A stretch of 64,000 bases of DNA. It comes from Mobula hypostoma. Lineage: Eukaryota. The position numbers were made by a program, and so were the translations under genes. The stretch is from contig NC_086097.1 of NCBI RefSeq assembly GCF_963921235.1, forward strand, positions 192,822,001 through 192,886,000, written 5' to 3'. Below, in pieces: positions 25,215 through 39,100 of this stretch. Position 1 is the first letter of the stretch, and each line of letters begins with the position of its first letter. The notes under the pieces are model-generated. The model had not been told where the DNA came from. It saw nothing but the letters and a program-made list of their open reading frames with translations, and did no database searches.

Positions 25215-27289
25215 AGATACTAGCATGAAGAGAAGATTGGCTGACTGGGAGGAGGCAAAGTGTAGGCATAAAGGGGCCTTTTATGGTTGGCTACCAGTGA
25301 CTAGGGTTCTGTACTGGTCCAGTTCTTTTCACATTATATGTCAATGATTTAGATGACAAAATTGATGGCTTTTGACCAATTTTGTGAACAATACATACAT
25401 AGGCGGTGGGACAGGTAATGTTGAGCATGCAGAGAGTCTGCAGAAGGACTTAGAGGGATTGAGAGAATACGCAAAGAAGTGGCAGATGGAATGTGGTGTA
25501 AGAAAGTAGTCATGCATTTTAGTTGAAGGAATAAATGTTTAGACTATTTCCTAAACAGGGAGAAAGTTTAAAAAAAAATCAGAGCTACACAAGGACTTGG
25601 GTAGACTTGTGAAGGTTTACTTAAAGGTTAACTTGCAGGTTGAGTCAGAAGGCAAATGCAATATTAGCATTCAGTTCAAGAGGACTAGAATATACTGTAA
25701 GAGCATGGATGTAATGCTGAAGTATTATCAGGCATTGGTCAGACCGCACTTGGAATACAGTGAGCAATTTTGCGCCCCTTCTCTAAGTGGCATTGGAGAG
25801 GGTCCAAAGCAGGTTCACGAGAATGATTCTGGGAATGAAAGGATTAACATATAAGCATTTGATATCTCTGGGCCTGTACTCACTGGGGCTTAGAAGAATT
25901 CATCATACAAATAACTATGGAGGCCAATTCATTGAGTATATTTAAAGCGATGTTGATATTTTCTTGATTAGTCAGAGGTCAAAGGTTAAGGGGAGAAGGC
26001 AGGAGAATGGTTTTGAGAGGGATAATAAATCAGCCATGATAGAATGGCAGACTTGATAGGCTACTCCTCTTTCTCATGGTCTTACATTGAGAATGGGAGA
26101 CTTTTGAGATCAATAATAGAAGATAAAATAGTCTATCTTTATTATTTCTGTATTAAATACAATTCTATAATGGAAATCATGCCGTTTCTTGCTGGTAAGG
26201 TTCTAACAGCCTTCACAGGGATATAGGGTAGATGAGAAGAGCTTTGATACCAAACTGTGAACAACAAGTTGTCAAAAGCTATTCTTTTTAAGACAGCAGT
26301 CTTTTCCTTAGCTTGGGCAGTACTACTGTTTGTTGTTTACCTTTTAATGCTCAGAGCACAGCATGACACTTGACTGTTGGAGAATACTTTATCTCTTCTG
26401 GAACAGTTGATCCTAAATGATCGAGAGCCAGCACTGAAAATAACTATCTTTACATCATTAGAAGTTACACAGTCAGTGTTGGTAATGAGCCGCTAGCTTG
26501 CAAAGAAAAGAAATTGAACTTTTACTTCCTTAAAACCTGAAATACCTAATGAATCAACTCTAAGATAAACATAATTGGATCTCACGCTTAAAGATGTGGC
26601 ATTCAGAAAATGCTTCTGCAAGAAAAATCTCATCATTATTTTCTGCTTTGGTTGAATGATTTTGGAAGAATGTCAAAAATCAGCTCCTCTTTTCTTGCAG
26701 ATGTGCTCATTTTCCTTCAACTTCAAATATAGCCTCAAGGCAAAATAATGATTTTGTACACACCATTGACTTCCCTAGAATAAAAAGCCAGGCAATGTTA
26801 AAAGACTGCAGTTTTCATCGATTTTTGGCTTATTTGTTGAGAAGCACAATAAAAATGCAACATAATACTCATGATTTGTTTAAATGTCAATTTAGATTAC
26901 TTGCTAAAAATCTATTTTAGGCATTGACTTTAGTTCCTTCAAAAAATCTATCAAAAATGCACATAGTTGAGAATTATGTTAGATTTCATTATAACTTAAT
27001 TACATGCCTATGTTCTTGTCTAATGTAAATCCTTTAGTCATGTAAATTAGGGGTCTGAAACACTCCTACATGATTAAATGCAATATTAATTTATTTTCTT
27101 TAGACAAATTTCCCTTCTATTTCGATCCGATGTGATGGCTGTGAGAATAAAATTGAAAGCAGAACATTAATTATAGTGAAACCAATGTTCTTGGAATAGG
27201 AACTGATAACAGTAACTACTATCCAATAGTTATTCATTTCAAGTGATGTATGCTTTATCAAGAGTTAATAAAATAAATTCAATAATGCT

Positions 27290-28590
27290 ATGACGGGAAT
27301 TAACTCCTATGTCAAATACATACCTAGACCCATTGCAATTTGACTACCATCACAACAATCTACAATGTACACAATCTCACTGGCTCTCTACATGGCTTTG
27401 GAGCACCTAGGGAACAACAAATCATAATCAGGCTACTGTTTATCGATCAGATTCCCTCACACAAATCAAGTTTCAAATATATTTAGCTGGGGTGCCTAAG
27501 ACTTTTGCATTTGTCAATGTGGAGTGGAGAATGAGTTGGTAAATCCGGTGAGAGCAAAGGATGTTGGGAAGGGCAAGGGCAGACTGCCACAAAAGGGTTG
27601 TGGAACAGGTGGCAGAGAAGGAGTACCAGGGTGGGGGTCAGCATGGGTGCAGACACACCCATCCCTGAGACACCAAGCAAGGTCATTGGAGTCCAAACAA
27701 TTAATTTATTGATCATTACAGAATGTCTCTCTGGTGCTTCCTGCTCTATCCCCTCTCCCTTCCTCTTTCCCCAACCATAATTCCCTTCTACCAGCCCCCT
27801 TCCAATTCTCTGTGCACAATAGAGAACCATATCAGAATCCACCAGCCCTCATGAAGCAGTAAATAGTCAAAAGGGTGAGCAACTCCAAGTTCCTAAGTTC
27901 AATGTCTCTCAAGATCTAGCATGGACTGCGCACAATGATTCAATCACAAAGAAGACATGCCAGCAGTTATATTTCATTAGGAGTATGAGGAGATTTGGTA
28001 TATCACCAAAGACTTTTGCAAATTTCCACAGATGAATGATAGAGAGCATTCTAACTGATTGCATCACAGATTGATATAGAACCTCCAATGCATAGGATTG
28101 CAAAAGGCTGCAGAGGCTCAGCCAGTTCCATAACTGGTTTAATTTTTTCCTCTGTCAAGAACAACTTCTGAGATGGTGCCTTAAGAAAGCAGAATTCATC
28201 ATTAAAGACCCTTCCCATCCAGGATATACCCTATAAATGGTGCTACCACTGGTGAGGAGGTACAGAAACCTGAAGACCCACACTGAGAACACTTTCTTCC
28301 CGTCAACCTTCAGAGCACATAAACACATAAACGAACAATGCCTTTTGCCCTATATATTTATTTCTGTAACTTATTGATTGCAACTTGATTGGTCAGGGCA
28401 TGAAGGAAACGGGGGGAGTTTGGGGCTGAGAGGAAAAATGGATTAGCATTGAGGAAATGGCAGAGCAAGCGCGATGGGCCAAATGGCCTAATTCTGCTCC
28501 TGTACCTTACGGTCTTATTGTGCTGCATTGCTGCTGCAAAACTATGAATTTCATCACAAGTCATTGATAATAAACCTGATTCCAATTCTT
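27290..28590 (+). mobile_element. Fragmented Rex1 with a DNA-transposon-like insert (about 27480-27840) and a short CR1 tail
   Basis: DPLQF and IESILTDCIT remnants. The insert begins ggggtgcctaagacttttgca, a Tc1-like terminal sequence. Confidence 0.65.
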
Positions 28591-28909
28591 ATTCTAACTG
28601 AATATTCATCAATTTCCCATGACGATGATCAAGGAGTTAAATTTTACATTTGCTTCTATGTCACTGTAATTGAAATTCAAATTCCCCACTCTTAGATTTC
28701 TAGCTGAGAGTTATGTTTGAATCTATTTACTACTTAATTTTAACAGGTGGGACAGGTGGGGTAAGAATTAAAAATAGAAAACTGGGAACATATCCCAAGC
28801 TATTGAACGTCTCTGTTTTATGTCAATGAAGTCATGGTCCATCTTATTCAGAGTGCAATCCAGAACTAGAGTTAAATTTAACCATAGCCATACAGTTTCC
28901 CATAAATGG

Positions 28910-29335
28910 CAGGCAGGACTTGCCAGCTCAAAGTGTTTGTAAGTTCTGCATTTGGGCCCTCAAAATCCCCTTTGTCAACGATGGTTTTTTCCTTCCAGCA
29001 TTTCTCCTGCAACCAAGTGGGCAGCAGTTATCGACAACACTCCCCTATTTTTGGGATCTCTTGCCCTTTTCCTTCTGTGACATTCACCCTTGCATTCATT
29101 ATTCACGCCATCCACTGCTGCTGTCCCGCATCTTGACTTCCATAGGCCATCCCAAACATACCGTGCTTCTCTCTGTTTGAGCTGCTTGGTAGGAAATAGA
29201 AGAAACATAATACAATTATACCAGCGATACTCCACATTCTTTGTATTACGGGATATTATTCAGATCTTCCGGTGCCTTCCCCACCAGCCAGCTCCACCTT
29301 CTGTAATCACTCAGACCACCGTGATAAATAAACCT
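28910..29335 (-). mobile_element. Highly decayed L1/Tx1 ORF2 remnant
   Basis: WLVGKAPEDL...KECGVSL...SYQAAQ...LGW, with stops, resembles the L1 FIW-GK-P / GGL-LP / YY-AAQ region. Confidence 0.4.
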
Positions 29336-29719
29336 TACAAATGAAAGAAAATTGGTGTCTTAAAATTCTACATTTGCTTCTAAATTTTTTTCTAGGATAT
29401 TGAATAATCTTCAAACATAAAAAACAGATTTCATGTTTCTCTTATATTGCTCCAGAAAGATAGAATCTGAAAGACTATAATATCTCTGTTCTTGGAATTT
29501 TTAATCTATTGTTCCTTACTTCTGCCTGGCTATAATGCATACAGACAAGTAGGTAGCAAGGCATAGAATCTTGCATAAGTGTGCTTGATACAAATCGAGC
29601 AAATTTCTTTTTAAAAATTATTTATATTAGACTGGATATTTCAGATTACAAGTGATCTTGTTTGAATTTCACAATAGGAACTTTAATCCATTATCAGTAC
29701 TGAATTTATTTTTTCCTCA

Positions 29720-30900
29720 TTATTTTTGGAATCTGGTATCGCCAGCAGGGCAAAAATATATTGCCGTCCGTAACTGCCCTTGGGAAATTGGTGGTGAACA
29801 ACTTTATTGAACTGCTGCTGTCTTCCCATTATACTTGAGGATGAAGTCCCAGGATTTGGACCTAGTAAAGTACTGGTGATGCATTTCCTAGAAAGGATGG
29901 TCTGTGAATTGGAGTTGAGCATTCAAGAGGTGATATCCCCACGTGCCTGAATACCTTGTCCTTGGAAATAGAACATGGAAAGTTGGAAGATGATGTCATT
30001 CACAGTAGCATAGGCAAGAACTTCTTATTGAGATTACTTAATTCTTTTGTACATCATTGGAGATGGAGAGGATGCATATTTAGGGCAGGCTAATAGTCAA
30101 GAAGATTGCCTTATCCGAATACTTCTGTGGCACTTGCCTGAGTGTTGTCTGGGTCTTCAGATGGCTTGCAGGGGTAAAATTCTTCATTTCCTCGGGAGTT
30201 GTGAATGGAGTTGAATATTGTACAGTCATTATTACACATCCCAACTTCAGACTTTAATATAGAGAAAAAGTTATTGAGAAAGTAGCCAATGATGAAGTAG
30301 CCAATGAGGAACTCCTGCAGTGATGTTCTTGCATTGGGATGTTTGCCTTCCAACAACCACAACTAGTTTCATTGTTGCAATGGTATAAATCTAGATATTC
30401 ATCTCTTTTCCCCTTGATGGCCACTGACTTTAATTTCACTGTTCTCCTTAGTTCTACATTTAGTCAAGGGCAGGGACTCTCACTTTGCCTCTGACATTCA
30501 GCTATTAAACAGCTTGGACTAAAGCTGTGCTGAAGTCTAAAGCCAAAGCTGAAGAAAAGTGAGTCGATTATTGATGAGTTTGTGCTGCTGGATGACACTA
30601 TTAATGACAACTTCCACCGCTTTATTGCTGACTAAGAATGGACTAATTGGGAAGATATTAGCCAGACTGGATGTGTGAAATGGGTTCTTAATTGTCTGTA
30701 TTGTCAGGTAGATGCCAAATTTGTATCTTGACTGGAGAAACCTCTAATTCAGGAGTCTAGATTTTATTGGTAATAAACTGGGATGTTCTTCCCCATAGCA
30801 TTTGCTGATCTAGTATACCCAGCCATTTCTTTATATCATATAGAGTGAATCAAATCATCTGAAAATTTTATTCTTTAATGGTGGGGATGTTAGGAGAAAG
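29720..30900 (-). mobile_element. Ancient LINE (CR1/L2-like) RT remnant
   Basis: Degenerate RT-like segments on the minus strand with no long ORF. Confidence 0.4.
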
Positions 30901-31829
30901 CTGAAATGAATAGAGTACTTCCAGCTAAAAGCAGGTCCAATCACATTACCTTGTCTCCAAATGTTCACATGTTATATCGTGATATCTCTGGTAATCACCT
31001 ACCACTATTCATGGCTAGATGCTTATATGATAGTTGTAGTTCCACCTGTTCTTTAGGCTGTGAGATAATGTGCCTCTGTCTATCACATTTCTATTAGAGG
31101 GGAATATTATAAGCTTGTAATAGAAGACAAGCAAATACAATTGCCTTAATGTTGATTATTTCCTAGGATGATTGACCTTTGAGTAAACCAATGTACTAAG
31201 AATTGTCTTTGCAATTACAAATCAAGGAGGAACAAAAAAAAACAAATAATTAAGTTCCATTTAATATCAGAAATGTATACAATATACATCCTGAAATCCT
31301 TGTTCTTCGCAGACATCCACAAACAGAAGAGAGTCCTGAAGAATGAGTGGCAGTAAAAACATTAGAACCTCAAAGCCCACAATACTCTCCCCTCCCATGC
31401 ATAAACAGCAGCAAAGTAACAACCCTGCCCCTCACTTCAGCAAAAAAAAGTATCAGCACCTTCCACTCACCAAGCAACCAATTGCAAAGCCCCAAAGACC
31501 ATGATCTGCAGTACAACAAAAACTAACTGTTCGCCCGACAAATTGACATACCACAGGCTCTCTCCCTTTCCCCAATAAAGGGACAGAGAGGTGTCAACTT
31601 TTCACAGCAAGCAGGATCTTAGCATTCTAGTATAGGAAACTCAGTAGGTACATGAAGTAATTAGAGAGGGCAGTGGTATGTTTGTCTTATTACAAGGAAT
31701 ATGGAGTATTAAAGTAGGATGCATATTTGCAGGATGCTTATAGGCTGCTTATTCAGGCACTAAATAGGGCTCATGACATGGAAGACTTATTGGCTGACTG
31801 AGTTTATGCTGGTTTCCATTCCTCCACTA

Positions 31830-32410
31830 ATCTCCCTGTAACCCATTCCCCCACATTCCTGTGAACCTGTTAGGGTTCTACACTCACCTACAGTATGCAA
31901 GGGTAACTTTAAAGTCGCTAATTAACCTACCAATCCTTGCACCTTTGGGGAGTGAAAGGCACCTGGGGTAACAGGTGAAAACAGCAGTTACAGGAAAACC
32001 AAGCAAACTTCCACAAAAAACACTAGAATTCAAGCAGGTCAGTGGAATGGCATGGTAATGGCTTTACCAACTCCACAATATTTTTTTCACCCTTTCCTCT
32101 TCTTCTATTCCACACTCTGGCCTCTTGCTTCTTCTCACCTGTCTATCATCTCCCTCTGGTGACCCTTCTTCCCTTTCACTTATCGTCCACTCTCCACATT
32201 CTTTTTCTCCAGCCCTATACTGTCGTCACCCATCTGGATTCACTATCACCTTCTAGCTTGTCCTCCTTCCCCTCCCCCTACCCCCCCCCCCAACTTTGCT
32301 TTGCTTTCCAGTGCTGATGAAGAGTATCAGCCCAAAATGTCGACTGTTTATTCTTTTTCATGGATGCTGTCTGACCTGCTGAGTTCCTTTGGTATTTTGT
32401 GCATATTGCT
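31830..32410. mobile_element. Decayed V-SINE (minus) followed by a Penelope pLTR-derived fragment (plus)
   Basis: aattaacctaccaat SINE remnant; ctgatgaagagtatcagcccaaaatgtcgac at about 32314. Confidence 0.6.
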
Positions 32411-32913
32411 GTCTTTGGTTTTCCTTGTGTAGCAGACACCTTATTCTGAGCATCAAAGGCACTGCACTAAATCTGAAGTAGTACGAATGAAGCAGTCCTT
32501 CATGTGGAAGATGTGTTTAGATCCTTAGATGATGGGAAATAAATTTGACTCTAACATACAATGGACTGAAAATATATGGAAACATAGGCAGGCATAAGGT
32601 ATTTTCACCATGTTAATAAATTGCCTATGATGGATAATATCAGTTTTATTTTTTAAAAATAGATACACATTATATCATTTTATTTAGCATGAGTAGCCTT
32701 GGTTTTTTTCCTCAATGAAGTTCTAGAAAGTAACTAAAGCCAAAATAATAAGATTTTAGCATTGTCTGAAATGGCACTATCTTAAATACTCGCAGGTTGT
32801 GGTATTCACAAAAAACAACTAAATCATTATAAGTAAGAACATCAGAGCTAAACCTTGACAGTTCCATTACTCGCTGGTTATGAGCAATTAATTCAAGGGT
32901 CAAGTACCTTTAC

Positions 32914-33010
32914 CGCATCCAACGTTGTCATATTGGAGTGAGTTGAATATGTGGGTGACAGCTGTAACTGCAAAGACATCAATCTCATGTTGATTCAATC
33001 TGTGCATAAT
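32914..33010 (-). CDS. Candidate exon 5 of minus-strand gene (IMHRLNQHEIDVFAVTAVTHIFNSLQYDNVGC)
   Basis: ctcttgcag acceptor and G|gtaaag donor (alternative donor at 32908, same phase), 97 nt. Only the phase 0->1 frame is open. Unique, non-repeat sequence. Confidence 0.7.
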
Positions 33011-33554
33011 CTGCAAGAGACTAAAGGAAACAATTATGCCATCTTGAGCCACTGAGACCATCTTCTCATAGACAAACGCTTTTGATTTCTGGCATAGTTT
33101 AGAATGTCATAAGGCTATTATCCCATTACACGCCTCTATGGATGCTTTGAGGTATTACTGAACACATGAATTGATTGTGCCTGCTGCTGATAAGCAACAT
33201 GAAGAATAAGCCAGAGGAGCAAAACAATTTTTTGCCATTTTCCACAAATGTTTGGCAAGTGCAGAGTTAAGATGAAAATTCTTACAGACATGTAGTATGA
33301 AGTATTTCATAACACTTTCTTCCAGAACAAACCTTGTAACCTGACAGACTATTGCTTAGGTAAACGGTTAATACAAATTCAGCTACTAATCGTTCATAGA
33401 ATATGTAATGATGATATCAGCTTCAGAGAAGGTATGACGTTGCCATTCTGTCTCAGATGAATCTTACAAGTTGTAACATAAATTATGGACTAGTAACTCC
33501 AAATGATCACAAAATATCACATTGTTTCACTGGAAATAGCATAAATCTAACATA

Positions 33555-35850
33555 ATTGGGTTATTATTGTCACATGTACAAAGATACAGTGAAAACCTTT
33601 TATTCACATGCCATCCAGCTGGATCATTCCAAACACAAGTATACTGAGGTAGTACAAAAGGGATGTAATTACAAAATGAAGAATGTAGTGTTAACAGCTA
33701 CAGAAAGTGTAGTGCAAGTAGGCAATGCAAAATGACTACGAGATGGTAGAATGAGAGATTAAGAGTGTAACAGCAGTGTACATTCCATCCTTGAATCTGG
33801 TGGTAATCGAACTTTTGTATCTTCTGCCTGATGGGATGGGGGAAAGAGAGAATGACCAGTGTGGGAGGTGTCCTTAATTTGTTGGCTAAGAGATGTGCCA
33901 ACGGAGTCTGGTTTTCTTGACGGATTGAGCTGTGTTCATAGCTCTGCAACTTCCAGCATTCTTGGGCAAAGCAGTAATGTAATGCATCCAGTTAGGAGGT
34001 TTTCTTTAAGATACCTCTAACAAATAATGGAAGTCATTAAGGACATGTCATATTTACTTAGCCTTCCAAGGAAACACAGGCACGGGAGTCTTTTCTTGGC
34101 TGTAGCATCTACATGGTTGGACCATGACAAATAGTCAGTGACATTTACACAAATGAACTTTAATCAGAAACAGGTTTACCGGCATACTGTATGTTGTGAA
34201 ATGTGCTGTTTTGCAGCAACAGTAGATTGCAACACATAATAAAAACTATAAATTATGATAAGATATACAATTAAGTAGTGTAAAATGAGAGCAAAAAAAA
34301 GATGAAAAAGAGTGACGTACTATACATGGGTTCTTGTCCATTCAAAAATCTGATGGCGGAGAGGAAAAAGTTGTTCCTGAAATGTTGACTTTGTCTTTGG
34401 GCTCCTGTACCTCCTCCTTGATAGTACCAATCAGAAGAGGGTATTTCCTGGGTGATGGGTGTCCTAAACAAAAGGATTAGCCATGATTGAATGGCAGAGC
34501 AGACTTGCTGGGGCAGATGGCTTAATTCTGCTTCTATGTCTTATGGTCGCTTTTGCTGGGGAGGCCAGTGCCCGTGATAGAGCTGGCTGAGTTTGCAACT
34601 TTCTGCAGCTTTTTCCGATCTTGTGCAGTTACAGCTTCGTACCAGATGGTGATGCAACCAGTGAAAATGCTTTCCACGGTATATCCGTGGAAATTTGTGA
34701 GAGCCTTTGGTGATGTACCAAGTCTCCTCAAACTCCTAACAAGATATAGCCACAGTCATGCCTTCTTTGTTGGGCCAAGATAGATCCTCAAATGTTAACA
34801 CCCAGGAACGTGAAACTGTCCACTCTTTCCACTGCTGATCCCTTGATGAGGAATGGTGTGTTTTCCTCTTCCAGAAGTCCACCATCAATTTCTTGGTCTT
34901 ACTGACGGTGAGTGCAAGGTTGGTGTTGGGATACCACTCAACCAGCTGATCTCTCCCACTTCTGCATGCCTCCTCATCACCATCTGTAATTCTACTAACA
35001 ATAGTCATATTATCGTCAAATTTATAAATGGCATTTGAGCCATGCATGAAGAGAGTAAAGCAGCATGCCAAGTACACATTCCTGAGGTGTCATGCTGATT
35101 GTCAGTGAGGAGGAGATGTTACTTCTGATCTGCCCTACCCTGACTGTGGTCTCCCAATGAGAAAGTCAAGGATCCAGTTGCAGAGGGAAGTACAGAGGCC
35201 TAGGTTTTGGAGCTTATTGATTAGTACTGAGAGTGCAATGACGTTGAAAACTGAGCTGTAATCATTGAACAGCAGCCTGATGTAGGTTTACTACTGGCCA
35301 GGTGATCCAAGACAGAGTGAGAGCCAGTGAGATGGCATCCACTGTAGACCTATCAGGTCAATCGGCAAATTACGGCAGGTCCATCTCCTTGATTAGACAG
35401 GAGGTGATTCTGGCCATGAACAATCTCTCAAAGCACTTCATCATAGTAGATACGAGTGCAACTGGGTGACAGATGTTGAGGCAGCTCATCCTGCTCTTCT
35501 TGGGCATTGGTGTGATTGTTGCTCTTCGAAACAGATGGGAACTTCCAACAACAGCAGTGAAAGATTGAAGATGTCTGAACATTCCCGACAGTTGGTTGGC
35601 ACAGGTCTTCAGTGCCCTGCCAGGTACATCATCAGGGCCTGATGTCTTGCAAAAGTTCACCCTTATGAAAGTTGTTCTGACATTGGTCTCTGAGTCAGAG
35701 TTTACAAGGTCACCAGCTCTCAACTATTTCCACCTCAGCTCCATACAGACAGGGGTGTGTACTCCATCTTGCTTCCTGAAATCTATGACCAGCTCTTCTA
35801 TTTTGCAAACATTGAGGGAGAAGATGTTGTCTTGACACCATTTCATTAGG
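33555..35850 (-). mobile_element. Cluster of Rex1/Babar fragments
   Basis: KTSGPDDVPGRALKTCANQL...PVALVSTMMKCFERL (35370-35723), NAIYKFDD (34736-35077), TVESIFTGCITIWY (34534-34731). Confidence 0.9.
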
Positions 35851-36389
35851 CTCTCTACCAGAATAGAAATCAATATATACTAGAATTCTAATAGGTCCCA
35901 GATTCATCAGCATTTGAACAAAAACAAGCAATACTTCAGAAAAAGCCAAGTCATCAACAAATTTAATTTTATTATACCTCGATCATAGAACAGCAATTAA
36001 CAGAAGAATCATTAGATGAAAATTAATACTTATCCAGTAAAGGAATATATAGCTATGTGACTCAAAATCTGATGAATTGGTTAGAGCAGTGCTTTTTCAG
36101 GTGGTTTTAAAGGGGAGGGTGGCAGTAGATGTGCTCAGAAAAATGAATTTGTGGAAATGATGGTGGTTTGGTGCTTGAAGGAATAGCAAGCAATATCAAA
36201 CCTGGCTTTTTTGCTGAATAAAATACTTTAAGTTACCTTTTTCATAAAACTACTATTATGTGTCACAAGCAATTTATTACTATAATAAATGGCAAACAAT
36301 TCAATAGAGAGAAGAACATAAATATTAATGAGATCAGGGAAGGGTATAGGATATTATAAAGCACATTGAGATTACAGAAGTGGAGGTGG

Positions 36390-37010
36390 TCAGTCTCCTA
36401 AGATAAACAACTCCCAGGCCTGATGACATCTATATCAAGATACCGGAGAGGTAAGGCTGGAGATTGCTAGGACCTTGACAGAAATCTTTGTATCCCAGTG
36501 TTGGAGAGTAGTCAGTGTTAATATTCTGTTGATGAGAGCAATTAGAATAATCCAGCCAATTACAGGACAGTGAGCCTTCCATCGGTAGTAAGGAAATCAT
36601 TGGAGAAGGTACTGAAAGTTAGTGAAGGAAGGGCAGTGGATGTTGTCTAACTGGATTTTAGTCAAGCCTTTGTTACAGGCTGTCATGGTAGAGTTATCCA
36701 GAAGACTAAGGCATATCGGATTCAACTGGCATATAGCATTCAAAATCTCTTACTGTCTCCTCTATCAGTTAGTCCTGACAAAGGTGCTTGACCTGAAACG
36801 TTGGCTGTACTTCTTCCTATAGATGCTGCCTGGCCTGCTGTGTTCCACCAGCAGTTTGTGTGTGTTGCTTGAATTTCCAGCATCTGCAGATTTCCTCGTG
36901 TTTGCGTCCCACAAAAATGTTGCCTGGATTGGAGAGTATTAGTTATAAGAAGGTTTGGACAAACTTGGTTTCTTTTCTCTTAGGGGTGACATGATACAAG
37001 TATTTATAAT
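36390..37010 (+). mobile_element. Decayed CR1 with a Penelope pLTR fragment (about 36750-36907)
   Basis: NYRTVSLPSVVRK remnant; agtcctgacaaaggtgcttgacctgaaacgttggctg. Confidence 0.7.
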
Positions 37011-37084
37011 TTTGCTTCAGCTGACTCTGATTATTCATCTTCATCTACCAATGATTTTATTCCAACTTCAGCTGCTGTACCATT

Positions 37085-37530
37085 GCTGCTGTTTCTTCTT
37101 GTGTTGTCTTATGGCAGATGGCAAACCAGCTTTAAGGTGCATTACTGCCACCTGCTAGACTGGAGTGTGGATCGTTGGATAAACAGGAGAAGGGAAAAGA
37201 ATTGCATTCCCTATATTCTATATAATAAACATGAGTCTTTCAGATAATTCATGATACAGATCTGTATTTGTCTTGAATTCCCACTTAAAATGTCTTCTAT
37301 GCCCACGTCACTTTTTATTTATCTTAAGCTCTCCAATCACCTTCATTCTTTCTTTTTGATATTTCTTACATTTTATCAATACATGTTCAACTGTTTCTGG
37401 TTGATTACAGTATTCACACAACCCAGCTGGATGTTTTCCTATTTTGTGTAATGTGTAATTAAGACTAGTGTGTCCAATTCTCAAATGACTGATGATCACT
37501 TCTGTCTTTCTATATCCACTTGACAATCTT
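37085..37530 (-). mobile_element. Nimb/I-like non-LTR 3' end
   Basis: EVIISHLRIGHTSLNYTLHKIGKHPAGLCEYCNQPETVEHVLIKCKKY (C-terminal CCHC region), with a 3' end ggtggcagtaatgcacc...aagaag. Confidence 0.8.
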
Positions 37531-37646
37531 TTGTGTCTGACTTACCCCTGTACCATTGCTGCCAGGTAACTTGATAAACAGATAGCCATAGTCACATCAT
37601 TCCAGGGTTATGTGCTAAGTATATAGCAAAAGTGCAAGGTACTTAC

Positions 37647-37745
37647 TTGGAAATACTTTGCCACCAGATCTTTGCTGAAAGGTCGTTGTAAATCCACATC
37701 ATGCAAAAGGATAGTGGGCAGTTCAAGTTTCTCTATCTTGTGGCT
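37647..37745 (-). CDS. Candidate exon 4 of minus-strand gene (SHKIEKLELPTILLHDVDLQRPFSKDLVAKYFQ)
   Basis: ctaacttccag acceptor and consensus CAA|gtaagt donor, 99 nt. Only the phase 0->0 frame is open. Confidence 0.75.
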
Positions 37746-37799
37746 CTGGAAGTTAGTTTGAATCTTGATTTTTCATATCAATATAGAGGTTCCAGAGGA

Positions 37800-39100
37800 T
37801 TGGAGGGTTTCAGGTGATGTCCCCTTATTCAAGAAAAGGAGTTAGAGATACCCCAGGAAATTATAGACCAGTGAGTTCTCACTTCAGTTGTTGGTAAGTT
37901 GATGGAAAAGATCTTGAGAAGCAGGATTTATGAATATTTGGAGGGGCATAATATGATTAGGAATAGTCAGCATGGCTTTGTCAAGGGCAGGTCATGCCTT
38001 ACAAGCCTGATTGAATTTTTGAGGACATGACTAAGAACATCGATGAAGGTAGAGCAGTAGATGTAGTCTATATGGATGTCAGCAAGGCATTTGATAAGGT
38101 ACCCCATGCAAGGTTCACTGAGAAAATAAGGAGGCATGGGATCCAAGAGGACATTGCTCTGTGGATCCAGAATTGGCTTGCCCACAGAAGGCAAAGTCTG
38201 GTTGTAGACAGGTCATATTATTCATGGAGATCAGTGACCAGTGGTGTGCCTCAGGGATCTGTTCTTGGACCCCTACTCTTCATGATTTTTATAAATGACC
38301 CGAATGAGGAAGTGGAGGGATGGGTTAGTAAGTTTGCTGATGACACAAAGGTTGGAGGTGTTGTAGATAGTGTGGAGGGCTGTCAGAGGTTACAGCAAGA
38401 CATTGATAGGATGCAAAACTGGGCTGAGAAGTGGCAGATGGAGTTCAACCCAGGTAAGTGTGAGGTGGTTCATTTTGATAGGTCAAATATGATGGCAGAA
38501 TATACTATTAATGGTAAGACTCTTGGAAATGTGGAGGATCAGAGGGATCTTGGGGTCCAAGTCCACAGGTCACTCAAAGCTGCTGTGCAGTTTGACTGTG
38601 TGGTTAAGAAGGCATATGGTGCAGTGGCCTTCATCAACCATGGGATTGAGTTTAAGAGCTGAGAGGTAATGTTACAGCTATATAGGACCCTAGTCAGACC
38701 CCACTTGGAGTACTGTGCTCAGTTCTGGTCTCCTCACTACAGGAAGGATGTGAAAACTGTAGAAAGGGCGCAGGGGAGATTTACAACGATTTTTCCTGGA
38801 TTGGGGAGCATGCCTTATGAGAATAGGTTGAGGGAACTTGGCCTTTTCTCCTTGGAGCAGCAGAGGATGAGAGGTGACCTGATAGGTGTGTAAGATGATG
38901 AGAGGCATTGATCATGTAGATAGTCAGAGGCTTTTTCCCAGGGCTGAAATGGTTAACATGAGAGGGCACAGTTTTAAGGTGCTTGGAAGTAGATACAGAG
39001 GAGATGTCAGGGGTAATTTTTTTTAAACCTAAGTGCATGGAATGGGCTGCCAGCAATGGTGGAGGTGGATACGATGTGGTCTTTTAAGAGACTCGTAGAT
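37800..39100 (+). mobile_element. CR1 RT fragment
   Basis: 211-aa ORF 38027-38662 with DVSKAFDKV, GVPQGSVLGP and KFADDT. Confidence 0.95.

Larger units (their letters stand above)
20060..26085 (+). mobile_element. CR1 LINE, near full length, carrying four nested insertions
   Basis: Esterase VHIGTN...VVISGLLPVP...INEWLRRCC (20329-20580), APE FVECLQDGFLEQ...SDH (21637-21870), QHGF at about 23053, LVRPHLEY (25597-25854). Confidence 0.9.

Noticed and set aside
26341..26412. Candidate minus exon with an AAG|gtaaac donor
   Set aside because: Open only in phase 2->2, while the preceding exon ends in phase 1, where it hits a stop.
28910..29335. Exon-like segments (QLKQREARYVWDGLWKSRCG...; FIYHGGLSDYRRWSWLVGK...)
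   Set aside because: Phases do not fit the chain, the implied intron is only about 65 nt, and the region reads better as a decayed L1/Tx1 ORF2.
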